Below are positions 1-11,599 of a stretch of DNA of 64,000 bases, piece after piece. The position numbers were made by a program, and so were the translations under genes. The notes under the pieces were generated by a model that saw only the letters and a list, made by a program, of their open reading frames with translations, made no database searches and was not told the DNA's origin. Numbering within the stretch: position 1 is the stretch's first letter; every line of letters begins with the position of its first letter. Source of the DNA: Squalus acanthias (Eukaryota). Location of the stretch: contig CM059430.1 of the NCBI GenBank assembly GCA_030390025.1, forward strand, positions 74,648,001 through 74,712,000. Direction: 5' to 3'.

Positions 1-1370
1 TCAGAAATTCTTCCCCCTGTCTACCCTTTACACTATTACTATCCCAGTCTATATTAGGAAAGTTGATGTCCCCCATTATCACGACTCTACAGTTCTTGCA
101 CGTATCTGTAATTTCCCTGCACATTTGCTCCTCTGTATCCTGCCCACTACTTGGTGGCCTATAGAATATAACTAGTAGTTTATTGGCACCTCTATTATTT
201 CTTAACTCTAACCAATTAGATTATGTCCTTGAACCAAACAGGACATTCTCTCTCTCCAGCACTGTAATGTTCTCCTCAATCAACACTGCCAGCCCTACTC
301 CTTTCATTCTTTCCCTATCTTTGCTAAACACCTTATAACCAGGAATATAAGTACCCAATCCAACCCTTTTTTGAGCCAGTTCTACGTTATCGCCACGACA
401 TCATATTCCCATGTGGCTATTTGTACCTGCAGCTCACCAACATAATTTACCACGCTTCATGCGTTGACAGACATGCACTGTAAACCTATCTTTGACCTTG
501 TTGTATTCTCTCTTAGCCTGACTCCACCTAATACCGAATTATTTCTTGCTCCTGTGCTATTTATCTCTCCCAATCCGTTGTGCACCCTTTTTCTGCTTTC
601 TACTGCTACAGCTTAGTTCCCAGCCGCCTGCCAAATTAGTTTAAACGCTCCCCTACATCACTAGCAATGTCTCCCCCACCCCGCGAGGGTATTGGTTTCA
701 ACGCTGTTAAGGTGCAAACCGACCGGCCTGTACAGCTCCCACCTCCCCCAGAACCGGTCCCAATGTCTCAGGAATCTAAAGCCTTCCCTCCTGTACCATC
801 TCTCCAGCCATGCATTCATCTGCTCTAAACTCCTACTTCTATACTCACTAGCTCGTGGCACCGGGAATAATCCAGTGATTACTATCTTTTGAGTTCCTGC
901 TTTATAAACGCTTTCCTAGCTCCCTAAAAACTGCCTGCAGGACCTCATCCCTCTTTGTACCTATATTGTTGGTACCGATATGAGCCACGACCTCTGGCAG
1001 TTCACCCTTCCTCCTCAGTATGTTCGGCAGCAGCTCAGAGACATCCTTGACCGTGGCACCTGGGAGGCAACATACCATTCTGGAATCACGTCTCCAGCCG
1101 CAATTAAGACTGTGTTCCACCAACTATCGAATCCGCTTTCCCTATTGCTTTCACGATCTTCCTCCTCCTGCCCTGCACAGCGGAGCCAGACATGGTGCCG
1201 TGGACTTGCTCTTCTTGGACCCTTCTTCTTGAATCCCAGAGGTTGAGCTTCTCCAGCTGACGACACTTCCGGCACACGTGGATGTCCAAGACAGAGGCAG
1301 CATCCTGGAGTTCCCACATGGCACAAGATGTACATTTCACGGGACTGAGGTACCCTGCAATGCGTCTATT
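1..1370 (-). mobile_element. CR1-type LINE 5' portion (ORF1 Zn-finger/SGNH esterase, start of APE endonuclease), degenerate
   Basis: Fragments CTSCAMWE..HVCRKC, CCLPGATVKDV..HIGTNNIG and MNAWLERW..GFRFLRHWDRFWGR are typical of CR1 ORF1. Stops and frameshifts present. Confidence 0.85.
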
Positions 1371-2063
1371 TTATAGGCTATTAACTGGCTTAACAGAAAT
1401 AAACGCAGGACTTTAAAAAAAACAATCACCAGCTACTCACCAATTTGCCCCTTCCTTTGTGCTGAAGTCACTTTTGTTTTCTTTGCCTCACTCCCTGTTG
1501 CTCTCATTCCCTTCAGGCTCTCGGGCCTATCTTTATCTCCTCTCGCTCCTCTCGTTCTCCTAAATTTCCGCTCTTGGTCCTATCAGCTTAGAGTCAAAGT
1601 TTTCTGTGGCTCCACTCCTCCTTTTCAGTCAGACGGCTCACCCACTTTCCTCCTCTCCACCGATTTCCTATGTTCACCAAACTCTTCCACTCTGCTTGTG
1701 ATCCACTGCGATTGCATTCACCCAGCTCTGTCTCCAAGCTTCTTGCTCAAGCTCTGTGCTTTTGCAAACTAGTATCTAATAGATACCTTTTGAGAGTCAA
1801 AAAACTTACAACTGCTCAATCAGTTGAAAGCTCACAGCTTTTAACACCTAATCAATCAACCACATACAGCTGATAGCTTTTAATTGCAAACTGCAACTGA
1901 CCAGGCAGTTTCTTTTATGTTTCAAGACAAAGCTAAATTCCAATCTGATGATTACTTACCTAACTAACCTTATACCGACCAGTGACTTTCTTCCATTTTG
2001 CTTGAGATCAACTCGTTTGTATTCACCCAGCTCCGTCTCGAAGCTCTGTGCTCAAGCTGATCC

Positions 2064-2985
2064 TTCATCAATGAACGTCCCTCCATCATAAGGTCAGAAG
2101 TGGGGATGGTTGCTTATAATTGAACAGTGTACAGTTCAATTCGCAACTCCTCAGATAATGAAGCAGTCTATGGCCGAATGCAGCAAGACCTGGACTACAT
2201 TCAGGTTTGGGCTATTGAGCGCCAAATAACATTTGCGCTGCACAAGTGCCAGGCAATGACTATCGCCAACAGAGAGCGTCTAACCACCGCCCCTTGACAT
2301 TCAACGACATTTACATCGCTGAATTCCCCACCATCAAATCCTGGGGCTCACCACTGACCAGAACCTTAATTGGACAAGCCACATAAATACTTTGGCTAGA
2401 AGAGCAGGTCAGAGACTGGGCATTCTGCAGCGAGTGTCTCACCTCCTGACTCCGCAAAGCCTTTCCACCATCTACAAGGCACAAGTCAGGAGTGTGATGG
2501 AATACTCTCCACTTGCCTAGCTGAGTGCTGTTCCAACAACACTGAATAGGCTCTAAACCATCCAGGCCAAAGTAGCCCGCTTGACTGTTGCACCAGCTAT
2601 CACCTTAAACATTCACTACTTCCACCACTGGCGCAGTGTGTACCATCTACAAGATGCACTGCAGCAATTCTTCGACAGCACCTCCCGAAGTCACGACCTC
2701 TACCAACTAGAAGGACAAGGGCAGCAGGCACATGTGAACACCATCACCTGCAAATTCCTCTCCAAGTCACACACCATCCTGACTTCGAAATATATCGCCG
2801 TTCCTTCATCGTCGCTAGTTCAAAATCGTTTAACTCCCTCCCAACAGCACTGTGGGAGTACTTTCACCACGTGGACTGCAGCGGTTCAAGAAGACGACTC
2901 ACAACGAGCTTCTCGAGAGCAATTTGGGTGGGCAACAAATGCTGGCTTTGCCAGCGACGCCCACATCCTAGGAACGAATAAAAGT
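2064..2985 (+). mobile_element. CR1/L2-group LINE 3' fragment, degenerate
   Basis: RT C-terminal coding remnants and a 3' tail (gctggctttgccagcgacgcccacatcc..gaataaaa). Same family as 59370-60560. Confidence 0.75.
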
Positions 2986-3028
2986 AAAATTCCGTAAAAA
3001 GAAAATCGGTTGGGCTCATGGCTGACCA

Positions 3029-3720
3029 ATGTTTTCTATTATCTGTCTCCGAATACTGATTCCATTCTCCCTCATCAAAGGTAAGTATTGTGTATCTATT
3101 AATACGCTGTTATTCATTCCTTTACATTCATATGTTTGGCTTGTTTAGTTTCAAAGATGTGTTTCCTTTTGGTGCGTTTCTACGGGTTTCCTGGTAACAT
3201 TTGCGGAATCTCAGGGTAAAACCCGCAGAAATTGCAGAGATGCTGTACACACCCTTGCTCCCATAGGTCTCCTCATGTCACTGAATTATTTGTTCTGTTT
3301 GTTGTTATTATTACCTCTGCTCATGTATGTATACTTAAATGATAAGATACAAGGAATCTTATTCCAATCTTCTTGCATACATTCTCGGCTTCAGCCTCTC
3401 AGGGTGCAATCCTGCCGATAACACAGTCAGAAAAGTCCCAATCACGGTGCTGAGGCAAAACAATTTCAAGCTTGGCACTCGGAGATAAAATGGATCACTT
3501 CGTGCCTTGAATCAGAAGGAGGGATTGAATTCATTAAAGGTATCTTTGGTAGGCGTGTTAAAGTCGTATCTGGTTGACATCTGTGCTTGAATATGTTGTC
3601 GTGCAAATGCACTGTAGAAAAAAACCGCACTTCACCTAGTACTTGGTTTTGAAGTAATCTGTATTGAAGGTCTGCAATTTACGGACTGTAGGAGCAGGAT
3701 GCAAGCAAATCTCCATGAAG
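3029..3720 (+). pseudogene. Possible decayed leader + Ig V exon
   Basis: The leader-like exon 3029-3080 reads MFSIICLRILIPFSLIK with a phase-1 donor AAG|GTAAGT. An acceptor at 3394 is followed by ASQGAILPITQSEKSQSRC*GKTIS...FVP*IRR, and ~275 nt later by AIYGL*EQDASK. Stops and a frameshift are present. Confidence 0.4.
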
Positions 3721-4070
3721 AAAATATAATATTACACGAATATACGTTTTAAGAAGGAATCTAATAACTGAGTACTACTAAGTTAAGATTTAAATTTGGA
3801 CCGAGTGAAAAACTATCAAGGCACAATGTGCAAATGGCACGGATTTTACAGACCTGTTTGAATAATTAAGTGACGAGCTTCAACAAAATTAGCATTAATA
3901 TAGAGCCTGTAACGCAGAGGAACGTCCGAACGGGGTTTCCATTAATGTAGTCAACAAAAAAAAGTGACACACAGCTAAAACAAAGGGAATATTAGGAGTG
4001 AGGCGAAAGACTTTGTCAAATAGAGAGGTTTCAAGCGTTATAATAAAGGTCGAGGTGTGCAGACGCTGCA

Positions 4071-7000
4071 TAAGAACATACTAATATAAGAAATGAGAGC
4101 AGGAGTAGGCCATACGGCCACGCGAGCCTGCTCTGCCAATCAATAGGATCATGGCAGATCATCGAAATTATCCCAACTTTCCCTCCCGATCTCCATATCC
4201 CTTGATTCCCCTAGATACCAAATATCTATCTATCTCAGCCTTGAATATATTCATAGACTCAGCATGCACAGCCCTCAGGGGTAGAGAATTCCAAAGACTC
4301 AAAACCCTCTGAGTCAAGAAACACCGCTTCATCTCAGTTTTAAATGGCCTACCTCGTATCCTGAGACTATGCCCCCTTGTTCTAGACACTCCAGCCAGGT
4401 GAAACAACCTCTCAGCATCTACGCTATCAATCCCCTTCAGAAACTTGTATGTTTCAATGAGATCACCTCTCATACGTCTAACCTGCAGAGAGTATTGTCC
4501 CATTCCATACAATCTCTCATCATAGGACAGCCCTCTCATCCCAGCAATCAATCTAGTGAACATTTTTTGCACATCCTCAAAGCAAGTATATCCTTCATTA
4601 GATAAGGAGACCAAAACTGTTCAAAGTGCTCCAGGTGTGGTCTCACCAGGGCCCTGTGCAACTGTAGCAAGACTTCTTTACTCTTATATTCCAACCCACT
4701 TGCAATAAAGGCCAAAATGCCATTTACCTGCCTTATTGCTTGCTGTACATACATGCTAGCTTTCTCTTGTTCTTGCAACAGGGCACCCAGATCTCTCTGA
4801 ACACCAACATTTGAAAGTTTCTCACCATTTAAAAAATATTCTGTTTTTCTATTCTTCCTACCAAAGTCAATAACCTCACATTTCCCTACATTATACGTCA
4901 TCTGCCAACTTACTGCCAACTCACTTAATCTATCTATATCCCTTTGCAGAATCTTTGTGTTCTCCTCACAGCTTACCGTCCCACCCAGCATTGTATCATC
5001 AGCAAACTTGGATACATTACACTCGGTCCCTTCATCTAATTAATCAATACAGATTGTAAATTGCTGAGTGCCCAACACTGATCCTTGTGGCACCCCACTA
5101 GTTACAGCCTGCCAACCAGAAAAAATATCTGTTTATCCCTACTCTCTGTTTTCTGTCAGTTAACCAATCCTCTATCCATGCTATTATATTGCCCCCAATC
5201 CCAAGAGCCCTAATCTTGTGTAATAACCTTTTATGTGTCACCTTATCGAATGCCTTTTGGTAACCAAATATACTACATCCACTGGTTCCCTTTTATCTAC
5301 CTGCTAGTTACATCCTCAAAAATCAATACTTTTGTCAAACACGATTTCTATTTAATAAAACCATGCTGACTCTGCCTAATCATGTTATGATTTTCGAAGT
5401 GCCCTGATCCCACTTCCTTAGCAATGTATTGCTGCATTTTCCTGACGACTGATGTCAGGCTAGCTTGCCTGTTGTTCCATGTTTTTTCTGTCCCTCCTTT
5501 CTGGAATAGAGTTTCTTCATTTGCGAGCTTCCAATCCGCTGGGACCATTCCAGAAACTATGGAATTTTGAAAGACTAAACCAATGCATCCACTATCTCTT
5601 CAGTAACCTCTTTTACAACCCTTGGATGTAGGCCGTCAGGTCTAGGGGATTTGTTGGCTTTTAGTCCCATTATTTTCTCAAGTACTTTTTCTCTAATTAT
5701 ATTAATTACGTTAAGTTCCTCACCCTCATTAGACCCTTAGTCCCCCAGCATTTTTGGTATGCTTTATGAGTATTCCACCGTGAAGGATAATACAAATTAA
5801 CGTTTCTGCAATTTCCATATTCTCCATAATAATTTCTCCGGTCTCAGCCTCTAAGTGACCAACGTTTACTTTTGGTTATTTCTTAATCTTTACATACTTG
5901 TAGAAGCTCTTACAATCTGCTTTTATATTTCTTGCTAGATTTCTCTCATTTTACTTTTTTCCCTTTTAAACAATTTTTTGTTCAACCTTAGCTGGTTTCT
6001 GAAACTGTCCCTATCCTCAGTGTTACTATTATTCTTTTCAACACTATAAGCTTCTTCTTTCAATCTAATGTTATCCTTAACTTGTTAAGTTAGCCTCGGT
6101 TGGATCACTTTTCCCGTGGAGTTGTTGTTTCTCAATGGAATGTATTTTTATTGAGAATTATGAAATGTTTCTTTAAAAGCTAGCTGCTACCTATCTACCA
6201 CCATACTTTTAAATCTACTTTTCCAATCTACCTTAGCCAACTCGCCCCTCATACCTATCTAATTTGCTTTATTTCAGTTGAAGATTCTAGTTTCGGACTT
6301 AGACAAGTCACTCTCTAAATTACATTGAAATATTATCATATTATGTTCACTCTGCCCCAGCGGATGCTTTACTGTGAGATTGTGTATAAAGCCTCTCTCA
6401 TTACACAATACAAGATCTAAAATAAACTGTTCCCTGGTTGGTTCCATAACATATTATTCTAGGAAACTGTCCGGAATGCATTCCATGAACTGTGTCTTCA
6501 GACTAACTTTGACAATTTGATTTGTCTAGTCTATATGAAGATTAAAGTCGCCCAACATTATTGCATTATCTTTTTTGCAAGCTCCTACTATTTCTTGATT
6601 AATATTCTGCCCAACAGTACAGCAACTGTTAGGGGGCCTATATATTACTCCTATCAGTGTTTTCTGCCCCTTGTTATTCCTTATCTTCACCTATACTGAT
6701 TCTACTTCCTGATCTTGCGAGCCGAGATCCTGTTTCGTTACTGTCCTTATGTCATCCTTTATTATCAGGGCTATTTCCACTCCTTCTCCATTCTGTCTGT
6801 CTTTTGGAAACGTCAAGAACCCTCGAACATTTAGTTCCCAACCGTGGGCACCTTGCAACCACATCTCTGTAATGGCTATTAGATCAAACCCATTTATCTC
6901 ACTTTGATCCACTAGTTCATCTATCTTGTTACGAATGCTTCATGCATTCAGATAAACTGCCTTTAATTGATTTGTTTTACCACTGTTCCCTGCTTTGACC

Positions 7001-7450
7001 TTATTCTCTGCTGCACTGCTACCGGTACACTCTCTATCCCTTCCTATCACATTCTGCTTAGTTTTACCCAAATCGCTACACTGCTCTAATGCCTTGATCT
7101 TTCTCTTTAGCTTTCTAAATTTACCGTCACCTGACCTCCACTCTCTTTTTCACTTTAAAGCCCTATCTTCAGCCCTAGCTATTCGATTCACCAGGACGCA
7201 AGTCGCAGTCTGGTTCAAGTGGAGCCCGTCCCGAAGCAACAGCTCCCTCTTTCCCCAGTACTGGTGCTTGTGCCCCATGAATTGCAACCCCTTTTTTCCA
7301 CACCATTCTTTAAGCCACGCATTTAACTCTCTGTTCTGCTTGACTCTATGCGAATTTTCTCGAGGCTCAGGTAGTAATCCACTCATTATCACCCTTGTTG
7401 TTCTGCTTATTAATTTAGACCCTAGCTCCTGAAACTCCCTCGAGAGAACC
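4071..7450 (-). mobile_element. CR1 LINE, near full-length, degenerate
   Basis: ORF1 esterase remnant (7150-7392), endonuclease AITEMWL, RT remnants (..QSQHGFIK; LVRPHLE; RRMRGDLIETYK) and the CR1 3' tail near 4071. Confidence 0.9.
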
Positions 7451-7744
7451 TCATTGTTAATTTGCGGGTAGTTTTTGCAGAGCTTAGTGCCTCGACGCCT
7501 AAAGGCACGGTTTCAATGGTGGGGCAAAGGGAGTGGGGATGCGTAAAAGGCCATAGTTGCTGGAACCCATAGTTTTTCGGCGTTTATAGTGCTGGGGAAC
7601 TTTTCAGAGTTAGAGAGTGTCGAAGCCAATAAGCGAATGGAACCCGTGGAAGAGACTTTAAATTTTAGGCATGGGGAGATCGAGATGCAAATTTGAAAGA
7701 AAGGTCGTAATAACAACGATATGGGTCGGAATTTTAGCGTTAGA

Positions 7745-8495
7745 GGTGACTCCGTGGGATGCACTCTCGCCTCTGAGTCAGACAGATTAAGTTTCAAGTC
7801 CCAGTCCAGGAACTTGAGCGCAAAAATCAAGGCTGACACTACAGTGCAGTGCTGAGGGAGTGCTGCACTGAGGTGCTGTCTTTCGGATGAGACATTAAAC
7901 CGAGACCCTGTCTGCTCTCATCTGAACGTAAACGATCACATGGTACTATTTCGATGAAAAGCTGGGGAGTTATTATTTTTTCTTTCTTTTGCCAAGCGCC
8001 AGACAATTGCTAAAGAACCACAACATGAGTGAGCGACATCTTAGCTGATTCAGCAGAACATCGCGAGTTTTTTTATTTTGTTCAGTAGCACAATACTTGT
8101 TGTTTTGCATGAAATATGTTTCCGACTGGATGGGCAATTGATGCTTGAGCATCTGCTGGCGTACCATTTCCGGTCAGTTAGCGCCTCGGTGTTGACGTGC
8201 AGTTCAATTACTGGCCAGCCGTCTGCTCTCTCAGGTGGACGTAAAAGATCCCATGGCACTATTTCGAAGTAGAGCACGATAGTTATCCACAGTGTCCTGG
8301 GCAATATTTATCCCCCAATCAACATAACAGAAACAGATTATCTGGTTAGTATCACATTTCGGATTGTTGGAGTTTGCTGTGCGCAAATTGGCTGACGTGT
8401 TTCCTACATTACTGCACTCTAAAGTACTTAATTGGCTATAAAGCGCTTTGTGACGTCCGGTGGTCGTGAAAGACGCTGTATAAATGCAAGTCTTT
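7745..8495 (+). mobile_element. Deu-domain SINE (SacSINE/AmnSINE-like), interrupted and partly duplicated
   Basis: Deu core (gctgacact.cagtgcagt.ctgagggagtgctgcact..gtctttcggatgagac.ttaaaccga) and 3' tail (aagcgctttg.gacgtcc..gtgaaagacgctgtataaatgcaagtctttctt). Confidence 0.65.
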
Positions 8496-8547
8496 CTTTC
8501 TATTTTTTTCTGCCAAACAACAGACCATTGCTAAAGAACCACAACAC

Positions 8548-8978
8548 GGGCAACACGGTGGCATAGTGGTTAGCACTGGTGCCTCACAGCGCCAGGGACC
8601 TGGGTTCGAATCTGACCTCGGGTGACTGTCTGTGTGGAGTTTGCACATTCTTCCCGTGTCTGCGTGGGTTTCCTCCGGGTGCTCCGGTTTCCTCCCACAG
8701 TCCAAAAATGTGCGGGTTAGGTTGATTTGGCTACGATAAATTGACCCTTAGTGTTAGGGGGGGATTAAATATGTGGGGTTATGGGGATAGGATGGGATAT
8801 GTTAGGGGGAATTAAATACGTGGGGTTACGGGGGTAGGGTGGGATATGTGTACTGTGGGGATTAAAAAAGCAGGGACAGGGTACTGGATTTGGATGATCA
8901 GCCATGATCGTATTGAATGGTGGAGCAGGCTCGACGGACCGAATGGCCTACTCCTGCTCCTAGTTTCTATGTTTCTAT
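8548..8978 (+). mobile_element. HE1-like V-SINE (tRNA head, V-domain, CR1-derived tail)
   Basis: A-box/B-box head (ggtggcatagtggttagc...gggttcgaatc), V core (tgtgtggagtttgcacattct.cccgtgtctgcgtgggtttcctccgggtgctccggtttcctccca) and CR1 3' tail (gaatggcctactcctgctcct..ttctatgtttcta). Confidence 0.85.
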
Positions 8979-10504
8979 AAGAATGAATTGCCAGCCAGCA
9001 TAGCTTCTCTGGGGCGGTGGAGAAATGTTCTGATCATTTGCGAGATATGTCAGATATACAGGTTGCAAAGAAATTAAGGATAATTAAAGTGGATGTCGCA
9101 GCTTCTCTTTTTATGAGTGAGAGCAGAGTAAATTGAACAAGCAGGCAAATATAACTTGTATGTCTAAGGAAAGAGCCTCTGCCTCCTTGCTTTTGGTAAA
9201 ATATATTTACGAATAGGTCATTTCTATTTTATTCTTGAATAATGCTTGGATCATTTTTGTTGAACTTTCCACTCATGAGGGTAATTCTGAGGGACGTCAG
9301 GGTGCTGCTGTTGTCGCAAACCATTTTCTGGTGTTCAAATGAGAAATCACTAGATTTAAGCTAACGTTTGGTGATTGCTTTTCTTTGTAACAGAAAACAT
9401 GAGGGATTCCTTCCGAGTTAGTGATGTATTTGACGCGTGTATTGTTATCTATTCATACACGAGCTAACATCCCTTTAATGATACTAGAAGCGTGTTTGAT
9501 AGCTAACTTCACTGTCGTGAATTGTAGTTGCATGAATTGCCAAGTGGACTGGATATATTTACGATCATCCCCAGTCCCATGGTAAGTCAGTGCCCTGATT
9601 TTCTAAGAATCCTTTCGGCATGACTCTTAGCTCTGCTTATCCATAAATGGATTCCTTGCAGGTCCCCCCACCCCCATGGACCCTTGTCGTTTGATTGGCT
9701 TCATAGTTTAAGATGGGGCTTATGCTGAGGGTATCACTACCATTTTCTGTTCTGCTGGATAGCTCTGAAGAATCAAAAGAATTAGTTACTGCAACAATTG
9801 CCACTACTATTGTGGTTCTATGGATCATATAATATGTAGGTAAAAATTACTGAACTATTGATCCTTCTGAGAGCAGATATCACACACTAGAGTACTGAAA
9901 CTCAAAAAAAACATCCGGGGAGAATTTCTCCGGGGTTTTGGATCTGCCGCCATAACAGTGGCGTAATATCGGCGTAAACCCGACATAAGCTACGTTTATT
10001 ATTACTTGTTTACGCGGCTTCTCCGAGTGTCCCCCGATTTACCGCCAATGTTATTGCAGACCAGTAAAGCTTTCGCATAAATTCCAGGCGTCTCTAATCA
10101 GAGTTTGGGAAATACCCCTCGGAATACGAGATTTCATATGGATTGTAACTGAGATCACTTACAGATGGCCTGTGAGCCAACCTATAATCTCGCATCACAA
10201 TCTTCTGTACAGCGCTGCAGGCAGAATTAAAAGAGCTTTGATCATCCAGATGGACACGTATGCTGCTAAGAAGTAATATTGAAATATGTTGTAGTGGTAA
10301 GGGTGATCCTTGAAAATGAATCTAAGCAACATTTTATAACACTCCCGTACAGCAGAAGACATATGGAAGAAATAACATATGTTGCTGCGAATTCATCAGG
10401 TACGTTTTAAGCTGCTATGAAGAAGTATAATCATCCTGAATGTGATTTTTGATCCTCAATAGAGTGAGAATGATGTCAACTAATTCGTGCATTTTTGGGA
10501 AGAA

Positions 10505-11124
10505 ATGCATGTGCTGAAAACCGGCATTTCCGACCTGTCACGAATGCTCTTGACAGATCGGCCGCCTGCCCTGGAGAAAGGTCTCTGCGGGCTGATAGTT
10601 CCGCTTTCTGGAAAACCTTAGCTCGCAGAAAACCCTTAGAAATCTTACGCCCGATAAAAGCAGGGTGAAAGGCCTGCTTTTAACAGCATAAGATTTGAAA
10701 AAAGTGAAGAAAAACTTTTTTTCACTCATTTATCATTTAATAATACTTTAAAAAGGTACATTTATTTTTAGTCCGTAAGAAACTTTAATTATTTTTTTTC
10801 AAAAAAAATAAATTTTTGTTTAAAATATTTATATTATTGTAATTTCAACTCATTTTAAAAATGTGATTAAAAATAAAACATATTTAATGATTTACAGTGT
10901 TTTTCGGGTGATCTGCATTCATATATTTGACAGGTCTACCTTGTTCCCAGGGACGCTTGCGAACCGCATGCGCCTCTGGGATCCGTGGTTCCTGCATATT
11001 TCGAGTTGGAGAGGCCCAGGAGCGAAAGTGGTACCGGACCTCGGGAGCCCTCAGGTTAGTCATTAGATTTTCTCCAGATTGGAGTCCTCCGCACGCGGGA
11101 AGCCTCCGATCGGAAAATACGGCC
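10505..11124 (+). mobile_element. TIR non-autonomous element (MITE family), 5'-truncated
   Basis: Shares the internal blocks gcatg.gctgaaaaccggc, the AT-rich centre, cccagggacgc and gcgggaagcctccga, plus the right terminus, with the copies listed below. Confidence 0.65.
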
Positions 11125-11425
11125 GTATGTTCCTTGTGAATGTGCAAGGCTAATACTCGAAATACTTGATATCCTAAGTATTAAATGTTGTTAATAAATT
11201 CAATTTAATTGAATGATGGAAATATGTCATATCTTCTAGGATCAGTAAACAGTACATAGTAAAAGAAGAACTACTGCTATGATTATTACACTGTATTAGC
11301 ACATACACAGAATGAGGCCACACAGTTCTTCACGTTGCGGTGACGCTAGAGTCATTCCACGCCAGAAAACATAGATAAATAGGTCCAGCATCTTCCAGCT
11401 AACATACTACGATGCGTATCTGAAA

Positions 11426-11599
11426 TCATTGGACTATTGGTTCTCTGTAGGCCAGTCGTGCCTCTCTTTCATGCTGCTCTAACCTGATTGCGGCATATTC
11501 GGTATTCTTTCCCTTCTGTTTGTGCATACCTCTTTTCTCTGAACCAGTCATATTTAGAGCAGCGTAAGTCAACTTTTTGTCATCTGTTCGTTCCATGGT
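11426..11599 (-). CDS. Exon 6: terminal cytoplasmic exon with ITIM and ITSM
   Basis: Acceptor tttactcttacag|, phase 0. Translation: TMERTDDKKLTYAALNMTGSEKRGMHKQKGKNTEYAAIRLEQHEREARLAYREPIVQ*. ITIM LTYAAL at 11555-11572, ITSM TEYAAI at 11486-11503, TGA at 11426-11428. Confidence 0.88.
   Translation of the reverse strand, partial: TMERTDDKKLTYAALNMTGSEKRGMHKQKGKNTEYAAIRLEQHEREARLAYREPIVQ

Noticed and set aside
8548-8625. tRNA gene
   Set aside because: It is the tRNA-derived head of a V-SINE and continues into SINE core and tail.
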